Source: Paraspadella gotoi (Eukaryota > Animalia > Chaetognatha). Taken from it: a DNA stretch of 64,000 bases. The notes beneath the pieces were generated by a model that saw only the letters and a program-made list of their open reading frames with translations, ran no database searches and was not told where the DNA came from. A program made the position numbers and the translations under genes. Each line of letters starts with the position of its first letter. Within the stretch, counting starts at the first letter, position 1. Below are positions 1 through 14,178 of the stretch, piece by piece. The stretch lies in NCBI GenBank assembly GCA_051294375.1, contig CM119266.1, positions 16,920,087 to 16,984,086 of the forward strand, read 5' to 3'.

Positions 1-2435
1 TTAAATTGAACAATGTTCAATGAACATATTGGCAGCGCTGGAATTGGTATGGCGCGTTTCCAGCTGCTAGTTATAAAACGTCTTTCCGCTTTTTTTTTTA
101 TCCGATGGGAACTTTCGCTTTCCAGTAAAAATAAGATTTACGCTGGATATTACCCGTCCACAGGGGCGGGCAGGAGGACAGAAAAGGCTTCGAGTGGGTA
201 AAGAGGGGGCTCAGCAAGATATCGGGCAAACGGTCATGTTCACTTAAGATTTTCCCAAAATTCGGACCACTTGTTTTCGTTAAAAAGAAATTTGAAAGAC
301 GTGCGTAACTATGAATCATTCCTCGAACTCTCGGCCTGCTGACCGCAGTTTTTAAGTAATCATGAAATTATTACATGGACTAAGCCGCATGGACTCTCAG
401 ATGACGTTTTTATATATTATATTATATATTATATATTAAGTGTGAAATATGCATGACAAGCGTTTAATGATACATCACGTTTCTGCTAAAAATTGACTTA
501 AATGATTCAGCATTACATAAACTATGCCGTATTTACCTTTTGGTCATGTTCTCATATTTCAAGTGAGCTTAGAGACTGCATAAGTTTGAACATTTTTCAT
601 TTCATGGTATGTCACCTTAGGTTTTATTTAAGTTATGCAGTATTAACTAAATTATAAGTTGTTGAAGAGACATCACATACAATGAAACAATTTTTAGTAG
701 GATTTTGTCGTATTTTTATTTGCATTAACATTGATGATTAATGACTAGGGAGTAAATTCAGTCAATTTAGTCATTCACATTCGATTTAATATCACACGAA
801 ATGAAAGTGGTACAACCAATATAAAAATTATCCATTCATTTAATAAATAAGCTATCTTGCCACTGACTTTGGGCAGGCATTGGTGGTTTAAGACCTCCAT
901 CACTCTTACATATATCAGATATGACTCAACAAACCGAGGCTTACTTTCAATCGATGGAACGGATTTGAGAATCGCTGAAACAAAAGGAAAGCGTACAATA
1001 AATCGGAATTATAAGTGAACTGGACCGCATTTCATTTAAATCAGGCTTTCTTGTTATAGAAAAGGAAATTTCAAAATATAGTAAATATGGTGATAATTTA
1101 AAACCCGCCGCTAAAAAAAATCTACTGAAAAGTGACCGAGCTGCTCCGCGAGTACTAGCACTGGTACCTCAAAAAACCTTGGCTGACAAGAAAAAGGATT
1201 GATTGAATTAGATTCGGACTTTCAAATGCAGAAGGATTAGTCAAGCAATATCTTTGTATCCCGTTGCGATTGGCTAACAAAAAGGATTAAGTGAAAAGAC
1301 GAATGGAAAATGGGTAGTTTAAAAGGTAATGTAACTTGGCCGGGAACAGACTCCTGTTTAGGGCGATTTATCATTCCGAAATATCTCCAATTCTTCTTTC
1401 ATTTTGACTAGTATGGGGAATGGCACTGCGCCACGTATAAACAAATGCTGTCGATGGGAGCAAATTGAATCGGACGCTTTTTTTTCCCCCAAAACGTCGT
1501 CGTCGTCGATGACGCCACGGTCGTCGTCGTCGTCGTCGTCGCGAAGCCAATTCACTTCCACCGAATTCTTTCGACGTTAGCCGAGGATGAATCAACTGAA
1601 AACCGATCGAAAAACCATTTAATAAATATTTAAACGAACCGTGATCGCAAAAAAACAAAAAAAAACAAAACTAACAAACAAAAAAACTGGTTTTATTAAA
1701 TAGTTTTTCTTCGCCTGAGCAGCGTTCTCATGAGCACTATCGTGCTAAAACGGTCGGAGATGTATCGAATTCAAATACAATTTTAGACGGAGAGCAAACA
1801 GAGATATACGGAGTTTGTTTGTCGAGGGGTCAAGTTATTATTTACTTTCATGATGCGGCAGTTTTTTGACAACGAGCTTAAAGATTTTCGGTTGCCCGTC
1901 TCTGCTAGGGATAGAAATTAATCCTTCTTAGTGAGCCTCATTCAATTCAGCAAATTTTTTTTTCGTTAGTAGGACGAGATAGCACAAATTGATGTTTTTT
2001 CAACTCATTTTATAAAAATGCATTTAGATTATAAATTAAACTGAATTCGGCTTTTAAACATACGTAACATACGTCCCAAATATGAAAGTCTAGGCCACGT
2101 TTTCCACCAATGCTTTATAAGATGAGGACTTATCGCCTTCAGTCAGTAGTGCTGCTTAATTATCTTTGCATCTCTGTAGTACAAGCCAAAAACCTAATAA
2201 TAATCATCAATAATCTTGAAAACATAAGCTAAGCAAGTACTATAACGAATGCAACCGATCTGTTAAAGAGAAATTAAAGAAGTCACTGTGTTGTTCTGTC
2301 GAAAACTCGGAGAAGATGTAAACTAACAAAACAAATGATATGAAAGTAAATGTAAACAAAGGGAGAGCCAAATCGCTGAAGCGGAAAGATAATGACTCGA
2401 CTCTCTTAATCTTATCGAATATCTCCACTTTTTTT
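1..2435 (+). repeat. Segment A, copy 1 of a segmental duplication (other copy ~10845-13915)
   Basis: Collinear matches, e.g. 'aaaggattaagtgaaaagacgaatggaaaatgggtagtttaaaagg' at ~1281 and ~12683, and 'ggcttttaaacatacgtaacatacgtccc' at ~2049 and ~13519. Ends at a 25-N gap. Confidence 0.95.
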
Positions 2436-2853
2436 NNNNNNNNNNNNNNNNNNNNNNNNNATCCCATTTCTTTACTCGGCTCATCATTTCTCTTTTCTTC
2501 TCATCTTCTCTCTTTCGTTCTCCTTCTCTTTTTCTGTTTATCTGGTTTCTTATTTTTTCATCTTCTCTCTAATCTTTTCTCTCTCGGGCTTTCTCTCTCT
2601 CTTCTTTCTTCTGTTCTCTCCTCTTTCTTTTCTTCTCTTTTTCTTTCGTTCTCCCTAACTTCCTCTTTTCTCTCTTTTTCTGTTTCTCTGTTTCTATTTT
2701 TTTTTCTGCTTTCTCTCTCTTTCTCTCTCTCTTTCTTCTTTCTCTTTCTTTCTTTCTCCTACTCTCTCTCTTTTCGTCTTTCTCTCTCGCTTCTCGACGG
2801 TCTTTTCCGGCCACGCTCAATCGTGCTGCCCTTTTTTCTCTTCTTCTCCCAAG

Positions 2854-5800
2854 CGTCTCCCTTCGGAACGACGACGACACGGAAGACGAAGACCGATGCC
2901 TGAGGGGAAAGGACGTTCATGTCGAAAAAGTACGGACCAGACCGTACAAGATCGTACGAAGAGCGTGCTCACCACCGAGCTAGACCTAACGTCCGAGAGG
3001 CTGGGAATGATCATGGTGGAGAATGAGAATCTGCGCCTGAGATAAAGGATTCGTGATTAGATTAGTTGGATAGTTCAAAGGATGAAATATTTATTTATTT
3101 AATACGACATAATAATCTCCTGTAATTGACTGTCACTCTGCCAAGTGTATAGCGAACTTAAATAAGAGTCTTTTTTTGATTGCACCTCCAATAAATTAGA
3201 TAAAAAAGGAGAAAAATTATTACAAACTAAAATTTCCTGATTCGGGAATGAGAGTCTGAATAATGTTGGGAGGCTCATTGAGCAATGATAGTTTGGTTAT
3301 CGTGTTTTAATTCCTTAAGTTTCAATTTTGAATCACATAAAGCTTAATAAAAAAAAAAGACCTGGAGGTAGATATCGTACATAGAGAATGGGAGGCACAT
3401 TAATTATAATCCGAGTGAAATGAAGAAACGTTAAGGAGATTCACTTGTGATTTGTAATTAGAGAGAGCCTAATCTAAAGGCCACCGGAGGGAAGCGGAAT
3501 TGAATGAAACATTTTGTTAAATCACTCAGCTCAGAATTGGAAAGACGCAGTATAAGAGAGTGCGAGACCTCATAACGAAGTGATAATATTCCGTATGCGA
3601 ATTGGAGATTGATTATTTTAGCTCATTTTTTTAGTTCAACGGCCAGTATGCTTTTTCCCAAAAGAGACCCATTATTCGGAGATTACTCTATACACAACGC
3701 TACCTTATAATATGCCTGACTATATTTTTTACTATTTAAATATCTCGAACCCCGAGGACTTCGAACGCAATACTGTATCTTTATACCATAACTTATACTA
3801 TCCTAATCCCTAAACCTAACCCAAAAATGCAAATCCCTGAATCCTTAACCAATATATATGCGCTAATCTACATTAATTATTCGTATACCTTCAGTAATCT
3901 TAATGATCTCTTTTAATATAACACATTACACTCTCTAAATCTCTAATCCTCATACCTATCATATACCTATCCTCATAACCTTTAAACTAACTTTACAATA
4001 TAAACTTATTTTAAATTTAATATAAACTGAGGCCGATTGGGCCTTCTGAAAAAAAATAAGGCCGTAAATGATAAACTGTATGTTTCATTTACTGGGAATG
4101 CAATTTTTTTTTATACCCCAACACTCAGAAATTCAAACAAGGCTGGGAGGCAGCGAAGTCCGAGCGACCGGCTTCATCGACGACGAACCATGGAACGTCG
4201 CTTTTCTCCAATTCGCGATCAATATACGAGTTTTCAAGGAAAATAGCTTTTTGGCCCCCGATCCAAGGAAAGGGTCAAAAATTGGTAGGGATATGTGGAA
4301 GAATTGAAAGCAGTAAAAAAGAGAGAGAAAATGAACCGATTGATTGGCAATGTACCGTAATTATCGAATCCTTCGTTTTTGTTTGCACCGTAATGTTTTA
4401 GGAAACGGTATAGATTTCGCCGTTTCTCACTCTCTTTTGTTTTCTCTCGTGCAGATTATCAAGTATTTTTGAGATTTCTGTAAAAACTAAAATAAATGAA
4501 CAAAATTATTTATAAAATCGTTGTCGCCAATTGTGATAAAAAATGTGTATTTTTTTTTCAAAGCAGAGATATTTTTTAATGGTAAGTCCAATCAATCTTT
4601 TAAAAATATTCTCTAGGGAGAAGAAGCAGGCGGTTGGGCGACATTCTCAAGCGTCTTCGTCAACTTCCTCAAACTTTTACACCGTCTACATCCAAGACTT
4701 TAAACAGAACTCAAACCAAATCCCATGGAGTGGACAAGAAGTCTGAGTTGTTTCCGCGACCATCGTCAAAGACATTGAAGAAAGGTGCTGGCACGCGGAT
4801 GCTACGTGTCGGCACTCCACAATGCTGGGCCTGTACATGAGAAATTCCCAGTATATTGAACTTCTGCTCAAAGGTTTATTGAAGAAGGGATTCAAAGTCT
4901 GATAAAAAAAAAAAAAAATTAAATAAAAGAAAGTAAAATCAAAACCTTTTTTTCTCCAGTCATTTTCATCGCCCACCAAAAACCTCCCGCCATTAAGATT
5001 ACCTCAAAACACCTCCCCGCGACATCCCGACTACAGCCCGAGTCCTGGAACCTGGGAGAAAGTCTGCGAAGCTCTCCCACGCCAACAACAACAGCAAGAA
5101 GCGAGACGCACAAAGATGAGGATTATCCGCAAAGTGTTGGAGATACAGAGAATCGTTGGTCGAACCTCCCGCGAAACCTGCTCGTCTGCGCCATCACAGG
5201 CAATATCCTTACACACGGTCGCGGTTCGACTGAGAGTCCTTAATGACCGATACGTTATCTATTTGAGGAGGAAGCATATAGTAAGGAAGAGATTCCTATT
5301 TTTGGGTAGGTAGAAAAGAAAGATTGCTTGCAAGCAAGCATCTTCAATCACTTAGTTGACCTCACTGATACATGGAAAAAGCATTCTATTTTTTTTTTTT
5401 ATTATGAAAATATGGTGGACTAATCCACTAACCGTTCATCAGCGGCCATTGGTGCAGGAGGCAGTTATTTTTATTCGCCTCCATATAACGAATCTTCGAG
5501 ATGATCCCAGGCGTTTTAAGATTCCCGGTGGCTCGCCTGGCAGTTAGAGGCGACTGGGCGCTTTAAACCCGCCTGTAACACGTGTTTACAGCCTGATTCG
5601 AAGGCTCAGGGACTGCTGAACGGTTCTGTCAGAATAACACAAGACTCAATAATTACTGTCCTTCTTTCAAAAACTATGAAGAGCTGAGACAAAAAATTTT
5701 AAAAACAACACAGGGATCAGATGGTGCCGCGTTATCGCGCCTTCATTGCTGTATATAAATTCAAAATTTTCTCTCATGTGGAGAGGCGAGAGGGAAGGTC

Positions 5801-8130
5801 CGTCTTAAACTGATCTAATTGGATTCTACTGAGATAGAGTTCGAGAGTAATGAAAAGAGTATATGCGTTTAGTGTGAGGTGGAGAGATTTGCTCTTTAAT
5901 ATTATATTATTATGAAAGTCATTCAGATGAAGCTTATGTTTGTGTGTTCTCTCCGACCACCATCCACCTCTTTTGAGAGAGTGTCCGCGTTCCGAGGATG
6001 ATTAACATATCGATGGAAGATTTAAAGCCTCAGAGGTTCAAACTCGCTGCCAACTTATCTCATTGGGATAGTATCATATATAGCAAAGCATATAAAACCG
6101 ACCAGGGATACACACGCTTAGAGAGAGAAGAGTATGCAGGTCAGGATTCCCTCCACTGATCTCGCCACACCATCTATCCTTCCCAAGATCTTTATTGCTC
6201 AGGAGGAGGATTGAATCCTGTAAACCTTCCCCAATCTCTGCTGCAATGAAGCACAATAAAATATCGGACCAGCGAGCATTTCGAGCGACGCCGACTTAGT
6301 ACTCTTCGTACAGTCTGTGTGATTGGAAGGTTGTCCTTGCGGCGAGACTCGATCAAGGCCTCGGAAGGTGCCGAAGCGACAGCGAGGGTACCTGTGTAGG
6401 CCAATGGCAGTTCGCCACACACCAGGAGCGCGTCGACACAGGAGCAGATACCGCGTGAAATGGAGAGACGAGGAGTACTGCGGTACCGAGACGTACTCGG
6501 ACTGTATTATTATCTTCGGGGCTGCTGCCGGGTCAGGTGCGCGTACTGTCACTTATACGCCTCTAGTAGAATCCATACACGCTCCAAATCAATATATCGT
6601 GCGTGATCGCTCTTTGCTCGAATACCACGGAGGAAGCTACGCGAGTTTGCGGAAAAGTGGATGGAGGTGTAGATCGTATGATTTTTTCTCTTTGTTGTTT
6701 TTTTTTCTCTCAAATCGTATATGTATCGCCAAAAGTGCGGTCTTCAGAGTAATAATGCATCACACATATGTTTATAATCTACTAAAATTACATGAAATAA
6801 CAGGGTTCTTCGGGGTTCCGCGACTGAAGCGGAAAAGAAGAAAAAGGAAACGGCGCAACAGAAAACTCGCCAACGTGGTACAGTTGCCGTGATTTTACCG
6901 AAGTTGCAGCATGATGAAACAATTAGGCAAACGTAAATTCTCATTTTTTTAAATTTATATTTTTGACTTATATCAGGGCGGAGCCTGCAGGTGGCGGGTG
7001 ACGTCGGCAACGCGCTCCCAAGTGGGTCAAAAGGACTCGAAGTCCCCTCCTGGCATGAACACCGACTGCCCTCGGTCGGAGTTTCAGCTTTAGACGGCGA
7101 ATCACTGCCGCAGCTTGCGGAGAGGAAGGTAGAGGGTCGAATCAGTGGTTTGTCTCCAGAAAGTCTGTTGGTAATATAACGGAGAAAGTAAAAGCACAAA
7201 CAATATTGTCTAGGTTAATTGTCGATACATGCGTTCCCTTCAAAGGCACAGCTTCGCTTTTGCTGGTGATAAAAGAACAGCAAATATGCAAAATTGTGTT
7301 TATAAATACTCTCTACGCGCTAACGGCCACAATTCCAGTAGAGAACTCAAATATTAGGCACTAATTTCCAATTGATCAATTCTAAATATCATATGTTGTT
7401 AACTCTACCCGGAAATTTGGTGCTAAAATTCTCTAAAATTTACGCATTAAGAATCTAAGTTGTTTTTTTTCATTTATATATTTGAATATACTTGATATAC
7501 CGCCACAATATCTTAATTTAATCATTGCATTGAACATTTGTTTCAGCGGAGAAAACGGAAACCATTACGAAAGCTCTTCGCAACCTAACGGATCTTAATC
7601 TAATCAACAAAAGTCGAACGGTTGCCTCAAGTCCACACTCCTCGAAAAAACAGGAAAATATATCGACGCTAAATTAACGGTAATAACATATTTCCTTCAC
7701 ATTTAACGCAAGCAAGCGCGTTCGGAAATCAATTATTTTTCCTGGGTTTATTCCTCTTTGTCACGTTGTTCAGCGTGACGCCGGAGAGCAACACTTTGTT
7801 CGCGCTTCTTGTCGTGAGCAAAAGACAACCGAGTTTGGACAAACGATATACGTCGCCGTTCACGAAGACTTCGTGCTTTACGTGCTACGGTCGCCAAAAG
7901 ATGTCGGCCGCTCTCCACGCCATTCCCTTCCATGGTACTTTTTAGAACTACGGAATATCGGCAATGTGTGTTTTTTTTATTGTAAATCCCTATGCGTTAT
8001 TCAGGTACCAATTTCGGCTGTTTTAGACAAGGCGTCAATGCCTTCAAAGAACGAGTTCAAACTTGAGCACTCTTCTCTCTCAAAATGAAAATCAAACATG
8101 GCATGGAAACTGCGCCAACTTATTACTTAG
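2854..8130 (+). CDS. FGD-family RhoGEF (DH-PH-FYVE-PH), multi-exon, 5'-partial, with many apparent sequencing frameshifts
   Basis: Motifs read across indels, in the correct domain order. DH: 'PYKIV..LTTE..YVERL' (~2940-3010), 'FSN..SIYEF..SFLAPIQERVKNW' (~4200-4285), 'RLGDILKRL.NFLKLYTVYIQDF' (~4630-4700), 'MLGPV.RIPQYELLLK|DYLK' (~4820-5010). PH end: 'RS......EKWME' (~6605-6666). FYVE: 'RAPKWVKD..CM..C..EF...RR.HCR.CG' (~7005-7125) and 'VICDTC....QICKLC' (~7213-7300). Second PH: 'DFVLYV..SPKDV' (~7865-7905) and 'NEFKLEH' (~8050). Boundaries approximate. Confidence 0.8.
3650..4060. mobile_element. MITE-like element with degenerate (CCCTAA)n core
   Basis: Starts 'ttttcccaaaagagaccc', has cctaatccctaaacctaaccc inside, ends 'gattgggccttctgaaaaaa'. 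Related ends occur at 35330, 62040 and 63090. Confidence 0.45.
5411..5631 (-). mobile_element. Short Helentron/HINE-like element with tRNA-like cassette (noisy copy, in an FGD intron)
   Basis: Reverse complement of 56548-56750; shares the terminal hairpin and AACCGTT/AACGGTT subterminal repeats. Confidence 0.75.
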
Positions 8131-8479
8131 TCGTGTAATTTTTCACCTTCCGTAGTTACGTGATGCTCCTTAAACAATAAATTTTCCTCAACGACGTTAT
8201 TTCCCAGATTTTTATTCACGCCCTTCTTACTAGGCCGGACGCCAGAACACAATACACAAAATTGGATCAACGTTTCTAACTGAAAGTCCTGCAAAAGCCG
8301 AGCTTCCAAAGAAAACAAAAACTTATAGCAGTAGCGGATTTCTTTCTTTGTATTTACACCAAATACGTCTGATCACATTCAATTTGCTAGCCGCTTCACC
8401 CTGAGGCTTTAACTCATATCTAAAAACCAACCGACGTAGAAGCGCCTGTCCCAAATGAACAGAGTCAAGATTTATAATA

Positions 8480-9000
8480 CTATTAAATGTATTATTCTTT
8501 GTCCTTTATGGTTTGGAATTTCTTCCCATTAAGAACCTTCAACTATTCTTTTCTGAGATATCTCGGTGCATATTTCTCGATTTTGCAACTCGGAGATATA
8601 CCTCCTACGAGATTATTTCGGCCCGCTTTTCTTTCATTCCTCCCTTTTTCTAAGTATTATTGAAAATCTGACCCCGTCTCTAAATGCAGTTTTTCTCTAC
8701 CATGCTGGCGATACGTAAGGATAGCACCTCTTGTTATCTGGGAGTCTTTATCAGACAATTGACCAAGGGTACATTGTGGTGTCAGTCGTGGAACACGTGC
8801 TGTTTCACTATGAGGGTGTTCATCTCGGGGAGAGAGCTCAGAATTCTTTCGGTTTCTACATCAGCCATCTCCCTCTATTTCGCTTTCTCTATTTCTCTTA
8901 TGTTGCATCGTGGACAACATCAGTCCTAGTTCCGTTATTCGAGCCTAATACATCGCGACTCTTGCCGAGCACGACACGTCGCGGAGCTGGTCTACTCTTT
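8480..9000 (-). mobile_element. Possible degraded LINE reverse-transcriptase fragment
   Basis: Minus strand gives weak pieces ('EGDG', 'PAW', 'KKGG') in the order expected for the region upstream of a LINE RT; very noisy. Confidence 0.25.
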
Positions 9001-10844
9001 CCGTGTTACCTCGCAGTGTTGTCGGGTGTTTCTTGACTTGGTTAGGATTCGCTACCGTTTCAACAAATATTGTCACGCACTCTAGTTCGCGAATTCTAAG
9101 AGCGGGGCTGGCATTAGGAGTGAGGTGTTCATCTAGTTCATATTCCCACCGCCGTCCAGAAAATGTTTTGTCGTTTCGATCATGGCTGTTGAGAGTAGCA
9201 CGACACGAAGAATACTGAAATTAGATTTCTTCTCTATCATGGAATTCATCACACGGTGCGTAAAATACATTATTAACCTGTGGTTACACACGCATTAGTA
9301 GTTGTCGTCAATTCTGTTGTTTATCGTTCCGCCTAATTTTTTAATAATTTTTTATCAATTTAAGATTTTGTCTGTTATACATTCCTTGTCTTTGTGAGTA
9401 TATTTGAAGATTTTTACATTTCGCTGTTTCGTATTGATCATAAATATTGTTGTGTCAATATTAATTATTAACAAAACGTGTTTTCACATCGAGTTCTAAG
9501 AAAATTGATGAGAAGAGCAATCGATTTTTTAGATAGCTCTAAAACTTAACATTAACTTAACTTAACTTAATTAACAACAACAAACACCAGTGTATGGATG
9601 AGGAGCTTCTTACATAGTGGCCTGATCCCACAAGAGTTGGGAGAGAAGATTCAAAGATTAGATTTGATTTAATTGAATTCTAGTTATATTATGAACGACT
9701 GGAGAGAGTTATTTAGATGTCCATACCGGCTACTCCGCGTGAGACTTAACCACTGATCACTCTATATAATACCATCACTATTTGGTATCGGAATTCAAAC
9801 TTAACACACTTCTCACAAGAGACAAAATGACTCGAAAGGGCGCTAGTATTGAGATAGTTGCAGAGAGTTGAAAGAAGAGAGTGAACGATGAGGAATGGGG
9901 AACAGATCGAGCTAAGTATAGAGAGTAGAAATTTACAAGACTAGTTATGTTACACCACTTATCACGTCCCCTTTTAATACGGTAAGACTTGTTTCCAGTA
10001 ATCTGCCAGATAATGATTGGAGCATCTTAAGCTCGAATGCACGAAGAGAGGGTACCGCCTGTCTCGGGAGGCCATCTCAACCAATCTCGAATTATAGAGA
10101 CGTAAGAGTGGTGCATTTCATTCCGCACAAATGTTTCAGAAGTAGTATCTGGGAGAGCAAAAATTGTCATAAAAGCTTGAAGAGTATAAACAAATAAATA
10201 AGCGGTAAAATCAGAGAGCAGAAAGGAATAGAAATAGATACGAGAATGTAGTAATTTTTATTGGATTAATTGTACGATCGATTAATTGAAATGTTTCCAA
10301 AAACAAACAATCAGTATTTAGAATTCTTAGAATATGTAGACGGATTATCGTTGCGCCAGTTGAGAGAGCCAAATCTGAAAATGAACGCGTGTGTTCGATG
10401 CTTCAACTCTATTTTTTTCTATATAAATTTCTAGTATGCGTTATGCCAGAAACGTGCACGGAGTACATGGCTGCGTTTTGAGCACGGTAGTGAGAAGAAC
10501 TGTAGTCGGAAGAGAATTTATAATGTTTATCCAACTGTTATCGGTATCGAACGATAGGGGACGAAGTAAGAAGAAAGAAATAAGAAATAAAGAATGAGTA
10601 ATGAGAGAGAAGAGAGTGAAGTGGGACCGTGTGTCCGTTTATTATAAATTTATTATTAATTATAATTCTGTTATTACTTCATGTATTTGTAAATTTCGTG
10701 CCACACTTATGCTGGATGCTCATAGACAATAGAATGAAGTTTGCATAGCGAGATAAGAATTATATTTAATAAAGAATAAAGAAGATGAGGAATAATAAAA
10801 ATCACTGAGTGTGAGAAAGTGTATAGCAAGCGAAGTATGTATTC

Positions 10845-13800
10845 AAAGGTGAACAATGAACAATATGGAGGGCGAGACGGGCTGGAAAATTGAGGTATGT
10901 GCGACTCGTTTCGCAGCTGACAAAGGAAAGAGTTATAGAAACAGTCTTAGTCCGCGTTTTTTTTTATCACAATGGGAACTATTCGCTTCGCCAGTAAAAA
11001 AATAAGACATTTACGGCTGAGATACTTGACCGGACGCTCACTTCTTGCGGCGCGAGTTCAGCCAGGAGCTATGAACGTATGTCATTTGAGAGTGGCGTAA
11101 CCCTGTACGGAGAGGATGAGGCTCTGCATGCGAGAGTAACTCGGGTGCAAAACGGTCATTTCAACAAATTGAAGATTTTGTGTCCAATAATTGAGGAGAA
11201 CCAACTATTGATTTTTCTGTGGAAAAAGAAGTTTGTTAGGTCTGTATATATATCTAAATGATATCATCATCCTCGAACAAACTCTCTCTGATTCTTGCTG
11301 ACCCAGCAGTTTTCTAGTATTAATCATTTTGAAAATATCACATATGACATAAGCCGCTATATGGAACTTTTGTCTTATATAGAGTGACGTTTTTATATAT
11401 TATATTAGATAGGATATTTATCTAGATCCATCGTCTGTGAAATATGCATGATACAGCGTTTTAATAGATCACTTCACGTTTAATGCTAAAAATTGACTTA
11501 AATGGATTCAGCTAAATCATAAACTCTAAGGGGCTCCTTGTATCTTACTTGGTCATGTCTCCTAATATTTCAAGTGAGTCTATAGATGTACATAATTTCT
11601 GATTTGAACATTTATTCGCATTTCTCGGTAATACCTCACCCTGTTAGGTTGTTTTTTAGGTTAATTATGTGATTAATAATTATATGAGTGTCTTGAACAG
11701 AGACATATCACATACACAATGAAAAAATTTTATAGTATATAGGATATTTGTCGTACTTTTTATTTCGCATTAACATTGATGATTAATGACTAGGGAGTAA
11801 ATTCGAGGTCAATTTAGCTCATTTCCACCATTCTTTTACATATCTACACGAAATGAAAGTGGTACATATCGCAATATAAATAAAATTATTCCTATTCATT
11901 TCAATAAAAATGGGGCTAATTTGTGTACAAAGAGTGCAACATTGGGGCAGGCATGGTGGTTCTCAACAGAGGCCCTTCTCTCCATAGCACTCTGTGACAT
12001 ATATCAGGTATGAGTGGACTACAACAAACAGTAGGCGCTTAACTATTCAATCGATCGCAACGGAGATATTGCGAGAATTCGCTGAACCACAGAGAGAGGA
12101 ATATGACGTACTAAATAAATCGGAATATTTTTAATAGGTATGATACATGGTTACACCGCAAATTTCATCCCTTAAGCATCAAAACGCTTTATCCATGTCA
12201 TATTTGAATCAGGATAACTCTCGAAAAATCACACGTAATAATATGGTGATAATTTATAAAACCACGCACTCCGAGCTAAAGTAAACAGTATACCAGAAAC
12301 TACACCGACTCGCACCCGAGAAGGCTGCTCCGAGAAATATACGGGTCGACGGACTGATTCGGTTACCCTTTGCACTTGAAGAGTGCGTAATTCGATCTGT
12401 ACCAAGATCGTAAATTGTAACATCTTAAGTGAAAGTATACACGCTCGTAATAAGTTTATGAGACAAGTGTCTCGTAATTCTGTCGCTGGAACCAACCCAT
12501 GTATTGTAAAGGTTTGAAAAAACAAAAAAAACGAGTTAAAATGAACAATTATGGTGACTATCAAGAGAGTTGAGTCGTCTGTCAATTACACGCATCTGAT
12601 TGAATAGATTCGGACTTTCAGAGAGCAGAAGATTAGGCCAAGCAATATGGTACTTTTTCCCGTTTGCGATTGCGCTAACAAGAAAGGATTAAGTGAAAAG
12701 ACGAATGGAAAATGGGTAGTTTAAAAGGTTAATGTAACTATGCCGGGAACAGACCTCCTGTTTAGGGCGATTTAATCATTCCGAAATATCTCCAATTCTT
12801 CTTTCATTTTACTAGTATGGGGAATGGCAACGCGCCACGTATAAACAAATCGCTGTCGATAGATGAGCTACAATTGAATCCGGACGTCTTTTTTTTTCCT
12901 CGTTCGCCAAAACGTCGTCGTCGTCGATGACGCACACATGGTCGTCGTGTTGTCGTCGGTCGTCGTCGCGCGAAGCCAATTACTTCCACCGAATTCTTTA
13001 CGACGTTAGCGAGGATGAATCACTGAACAACCGATGAAAAAACTCATTTAATTAATACTTTAAACGTAACCGTCATGATCCAAAAAACAAAAAAACAACA
13101 AAACTATACAAACTATACAAAAAAACGTGCGCTTTTAATTTAAATAGTTTTTCTCGCCTGGCGCAGTTTCTAACGATGAGCACTATCGTGCTTAAAACGT
13201 CGGAGATCGTATCGATTTCAAATAAATTTAAATAGACGGAGAGACAAACAGAGATACTACGAGAGTTTGTTACATTCGAGGGGTCAAGTTATATTTACTT
13301 TCAGTGATGCGGCACAGGTGTTTTTGAACAACGGAGACTGAAAGATTTTCGGTTAGCACCGTACTCGTGAGTAGGGATATTGAAATTAATCCTCTTAGTG
13401 AGCCGTCATTCAAATTTCAGCAAATTTTTTTTCGGTTAGTAGGACGAGATAGAGGCACAATAATGATGTTTTTTCAACTCATTTTATAAAAATATTTAGA
13501 TTATAAATTAAACTGATTCGGCTTTTAAACATACGTAACATACGTCCCAAATAGAAAAGTCTAGGCCACGTTTTTCATCCAATGCTTTATAAGATGAGGA
13601 CTTATCGCCTCAGTCAGTAGTGCTGCTTAATTATCTTTTGCATCTCTGTAGCTACAGCCAAACCTAATAATAATACCACAATAATTTGTAAACACTAAGC
13701 TAAGACAAGTAACTATAAATCGAATGCAAGCCGATCTGTTAAAGAGAAATTAAAGAAGTCATGTTATATCTGAGAAACAATCGAGAAGATGTAAACATAA

Positions 13801-13915
13801 AAAACAAATAAGATATGAAAGTAAATGTAAACAAAGGGAGAGCAAATCCTGAGCGGAAAGATATATGACTTCGACTCTCTTAATCTTTATTCGAAAATAT
13901 CTCCACATTTTTTTT
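10845..13915 (+). repeat. Segment A, copy 2 (indel-rich)
   Basis: Collinear with 1-2435 but with many single-base insertions. Confidence 0.92.
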
Positions 13916-14137
13916 ATGCGACGATCATCTAATACATACATAGAGACACAGTAAAAAACATTTTTTTAGACTTTGTGTTAATATATGATAATCTCTGCTC
14001 AAAACATATTAACACGTTCTATAAATTAACTAAATTAATAATGTAACTTTTTTTATTAGAGAAATGAGAGGAAATGCACAAAGATGAAAAGAAGATTGAC
14101 GACGACGACGACGACGACGACGATGAGATGATGATGA

Positions 14138-14178
<41 letters not shown>

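Noticed and set aside
2340-2903. Long S/L/F-rich and K/R/E-rich ORFs
   Set aside because: Translation of CT-rich low-complexity sequence spanning an N gap; the same applies to ORFs over the (CT)n/(GA)n tracts at 19.8, 22.2, 23.2, 37.0 and 39.2 kb.
6323-6892. 189-aa ORF as a standalone gene
   Set aside because: Overlaps FGD PH-region exons and introns; a noisy composite.
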